A DNA stretch of 64,000 nucleotides. It comes from the human T2T-CHM13v2.0 reference genome, Homo sapiens. The notes under the pieces were generated by a model that was not told where the DNA came from, made no database searches, and worked only from the letters and a program-made list of their open reading frames with translations. Below, one piece after another: positions 61,086 to 64,000 of the stretch. The stretch lies in NCBI RefSeq assembly GCF_009914755.1, contig NC_060937.1; one strand, written 5' to 3'. How positions within the stretch are numbered: position 1 is the stretch's first letter; every line of letters begins with the position of its first letter. Made by a program: the position numbers and the translations under genes.

Positions 61086-61538
61086 ACTAGCAAATGAAAC
61101 CCCATTTTGGGTGGTCTCCTTCCTTGTTTTGAACCGGAGGCATTGACTCCATAAGTATATTTGAAAATGGAAATTTGTCCTGACGACAAAATCCCCTTCC
61201 TTATAGTCCAAGACCCTTTCCAGCTGAAAAGGTGATTGGTTGCTATCCACTTGTTATCCAAAGAAGGTAAAGATGGGGTTTGAGTTTTTAATTGATTCCC
61301 CTCTGTCTTTTGCTGTAAGTGGCTCCATACCACTTAGGTGGGGCTGTCATAACCACACGTCACTGACTGGATGGCTTAAACAACAGAATTGTATTTGCTC
61401 ACAGTTCTGGAGGCTGGAAGTCCAAGATCAAGGTGTTGGCCAATTCCAGTCCTGGTGAGGGCTCTCTTCCTGGTTTGCAGAGGGCCGCCTCCTTGTAGTG
61501 TCCTTTCATGGCAGAGAGAGAGCAAGCAAACTCTGGTG

Positions 61539-61759
61539 TCTCCTCCTCCTTTCTTTCTCTCTCTCTCTCCCTCCCTCCTTTCCTTCCTTCCTCTCTCCTT
61601 CCTTTCCTTCTTTCCTTCCTCTCTCCTGCGTTTCCTTCCTTCCTTCCTCTCTCCTTCCTCTTCCTCATCCTCCTCCTCCCTCTTCATCTCCTTCTTCCTC
61701 CTCCTCCCTCTTCATCTCCTTCCTTCCTTCTCCTCCTCCTTTTTTTTTTTTTTTTTTTT
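61539..61759. repeat. (CT/CCTT/CCT)n polypyrimidine tract
   Basis: ~220 bp almost purine-free on + strand. Confidence 0.95.
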
Positions 61760-62026
61760 GAAACAGGGTCTTGCTTTGTTACCCAGGCTGGGTGCAGTGG
61801 CACAATCATGGCTCACAACAGCCTCAAGCTCAGCTCCCACCTGAGCTTCCCAGGTAGCTGTGACTACAGGCATGCACCACCACACCTGGCTAATTTTTGT
61901 ATTTTTTTTTGTGGAGATATGGTCTCCCTGTGTTGTTCAGGCTGGTCTCAAACTCCTGAGCTTGCAACCTGCACACATTGGCCTTCCAAAACACTGGGAT
62001 TTCAGGCATGAGCCACCACTCCCGAC
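61740..62026 (-). mobile_element. AluJ
   Basis: aatcatggctcac..cagcctc; reverse dimer. Confidence 0.88.
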
Positions 62027-62558
62027 TATCTCTTCTTCTAAGAACGTGAATCCTATTGGATCAGGGCGGCATCGTTACGACCTCATTTAACCTTAATTGC
62101 TGTATTTCCTTACTTTAACCGTGGCCACACACAGGGTTAGGACTTCGACCTGTAAATTTGGATGGGGCACAGTTTAGTCCATAGCAGTGTCAAAGCTGCC
62201 ATCTCACTTAATCAGGGAAGATGTGACCAAGGATGAGAGCCACAGGCTGCCCTGAGGCACCCTGGCATCTCCCTGGTAGAAGTGGCCATTGCTTTCCAGG
62301 GCTGCCGCACTTTCTCCATTTGACCTTGCATGGCGCCAGGTTGGGAGGGAGAGCTGGTTGCCCAGACTGCCACCACCCCACCCAGCAGTCTGCCTTCTCT
62401 TTGATGTCTTTTGCTGTCTGCCCTGTCTCTCTGGAGCTCCTGGCCCCTCCCTCCTGTTGTAGGCAGTAGGCAATGGGGCTGCCCTCACTTGTCTGTGTGC
62501 CTGGTGGCGTTTGTATCTTTCTGGAAAGTATGCGTGTTTCATTTATGCATCTGTGTGA

Positions 62559-62934
<376 letters not shown>

Positions 62935-63013
62935 TGAAACTTTGTTTTTAAATAGTAAAATACTTGGAAGGGAATAATATAATTTATTACAGAAAATAAA
63001 GAATCAGTTCGTC

Positions 63014-63308
<295 letters not shown>

Positions 63309-63579
63309 TCACAGCCTCCATTTATCTCTCTTCTTCCCCTTCATAAATGTATATGAAATATAAACCCACAGTAGAGCATGTGGATTCTTATTTTGTCAGG
63401 ATCAAATTGTTTTTATTTTCCTCAAATAACTTGGTATAATCTGCCATTCTAGTAGATTTATAGCAAAACCAAGTCCAGTCTTTATCTTTGAAATCTGGAT
63501 ACCTACAGTTGCTGGGGGAAAAAAACAACAGACTTTTTTTTTTCTTGAAAATAAGTTGGAAAAAAAGTTAAAAGTGTGT

Positions 63580-64000
63580 TTCTGAATTAGGTATTACTTC
63601 TTCGGTTATAAATGAAGAACAACCTTGAGGTAACTTAAGCAGAAAAAGGAAATTGATCCTCACATTATGGGGGTGTCTGAAACACCCGGGGTGGAATGTA
63701 GCTGAGGATGGTGAGGTTACGTGAGCCAGGCCTGTGTGGTCAGACACCCTGTCTGTTTTCCTCCCGGGCTAGCTCTTCGGTGCCTGCCGTCTTCCCTTCA
63801 TCTGCAGACCTGCATGCTTAGTGTCTCCAGGCCTCTTGGAAGATGCCCATTCTCATACGTGGGCCTGGAGTCAAGGCTCACAAGGAGAGAGAAAATTATT
63901 TTATCAGTTGTAGTTCCAGGTTCCTGAAAAGGTACCTGATCGGCCCAGGTGTGCTCAGGACTCCCTCTGTCCCTGCCCCCTACTCTCCGTACAATCTGGA
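63580..64000 (-). mobile_element. Old MLT1 (K/L-like) LTR, runs off the window
   Basis: taacttaagcagaaaaaggaaatt..ctgat.ggcccagg; diverged. Confidence 0.5.

Larger units (their letters stand above)
61325..62186 (-). mobile_element. MLT1A-like LTR split by AluJ and its tail
   Basis: tggcttaaacaacagaa..tcacagttctggaggctggaagtccaagatcaaggtg..gacctcatttaacctta..agtccatagca. Confidence 0.88.

Overview
Primate (very probably human, because it carries an AluYa5 with all five diagnostic bases) non-coding genomic DNA, most consistent with a large intron or an intergenic region. I could not identify the locus. I found no credible protein-coding exon, tRNA/rRNA/snRNA gene, CpG island or CRISPR array. 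The supplied ORFs are Alu-, L1-, Tigger- or microsatellite-derived or chance ORFs. The window holds about 34 Alu/FLAM copies (24 on -, 10 on +), L1/L2/MIR fragments, solo LTRs (MER4, THE1, MLT1, MST) and fossil DNA transposons (Tigger7/MER44, Tigger2a, MER82, MER3/5/20/30/33/58, MADE1). I cannot support a new biological system here. The unusual items are: (1) an apparently non-repeat ~0.7 kb segment retrotransposed with a 17-bp TSD into an L2 (30471-31475); (2) several templated-insertion or fold-back scars (8345-8555, 15459-15503, 34038-34112, 37996-38094), one forming a pre-miRNA-sized hairpin and one forming a GATA-motif cluster; (3) a repeat/(CA)n-spacer VNTR inside an MLT1 LTR; (4) twin MADE1 half-elements; (5) repeated same-site retro-insertions. 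Repeat subfamily calls come from remembered consensus sequences, not a RepeatMasker run, and boundaries of old elements are approximate.
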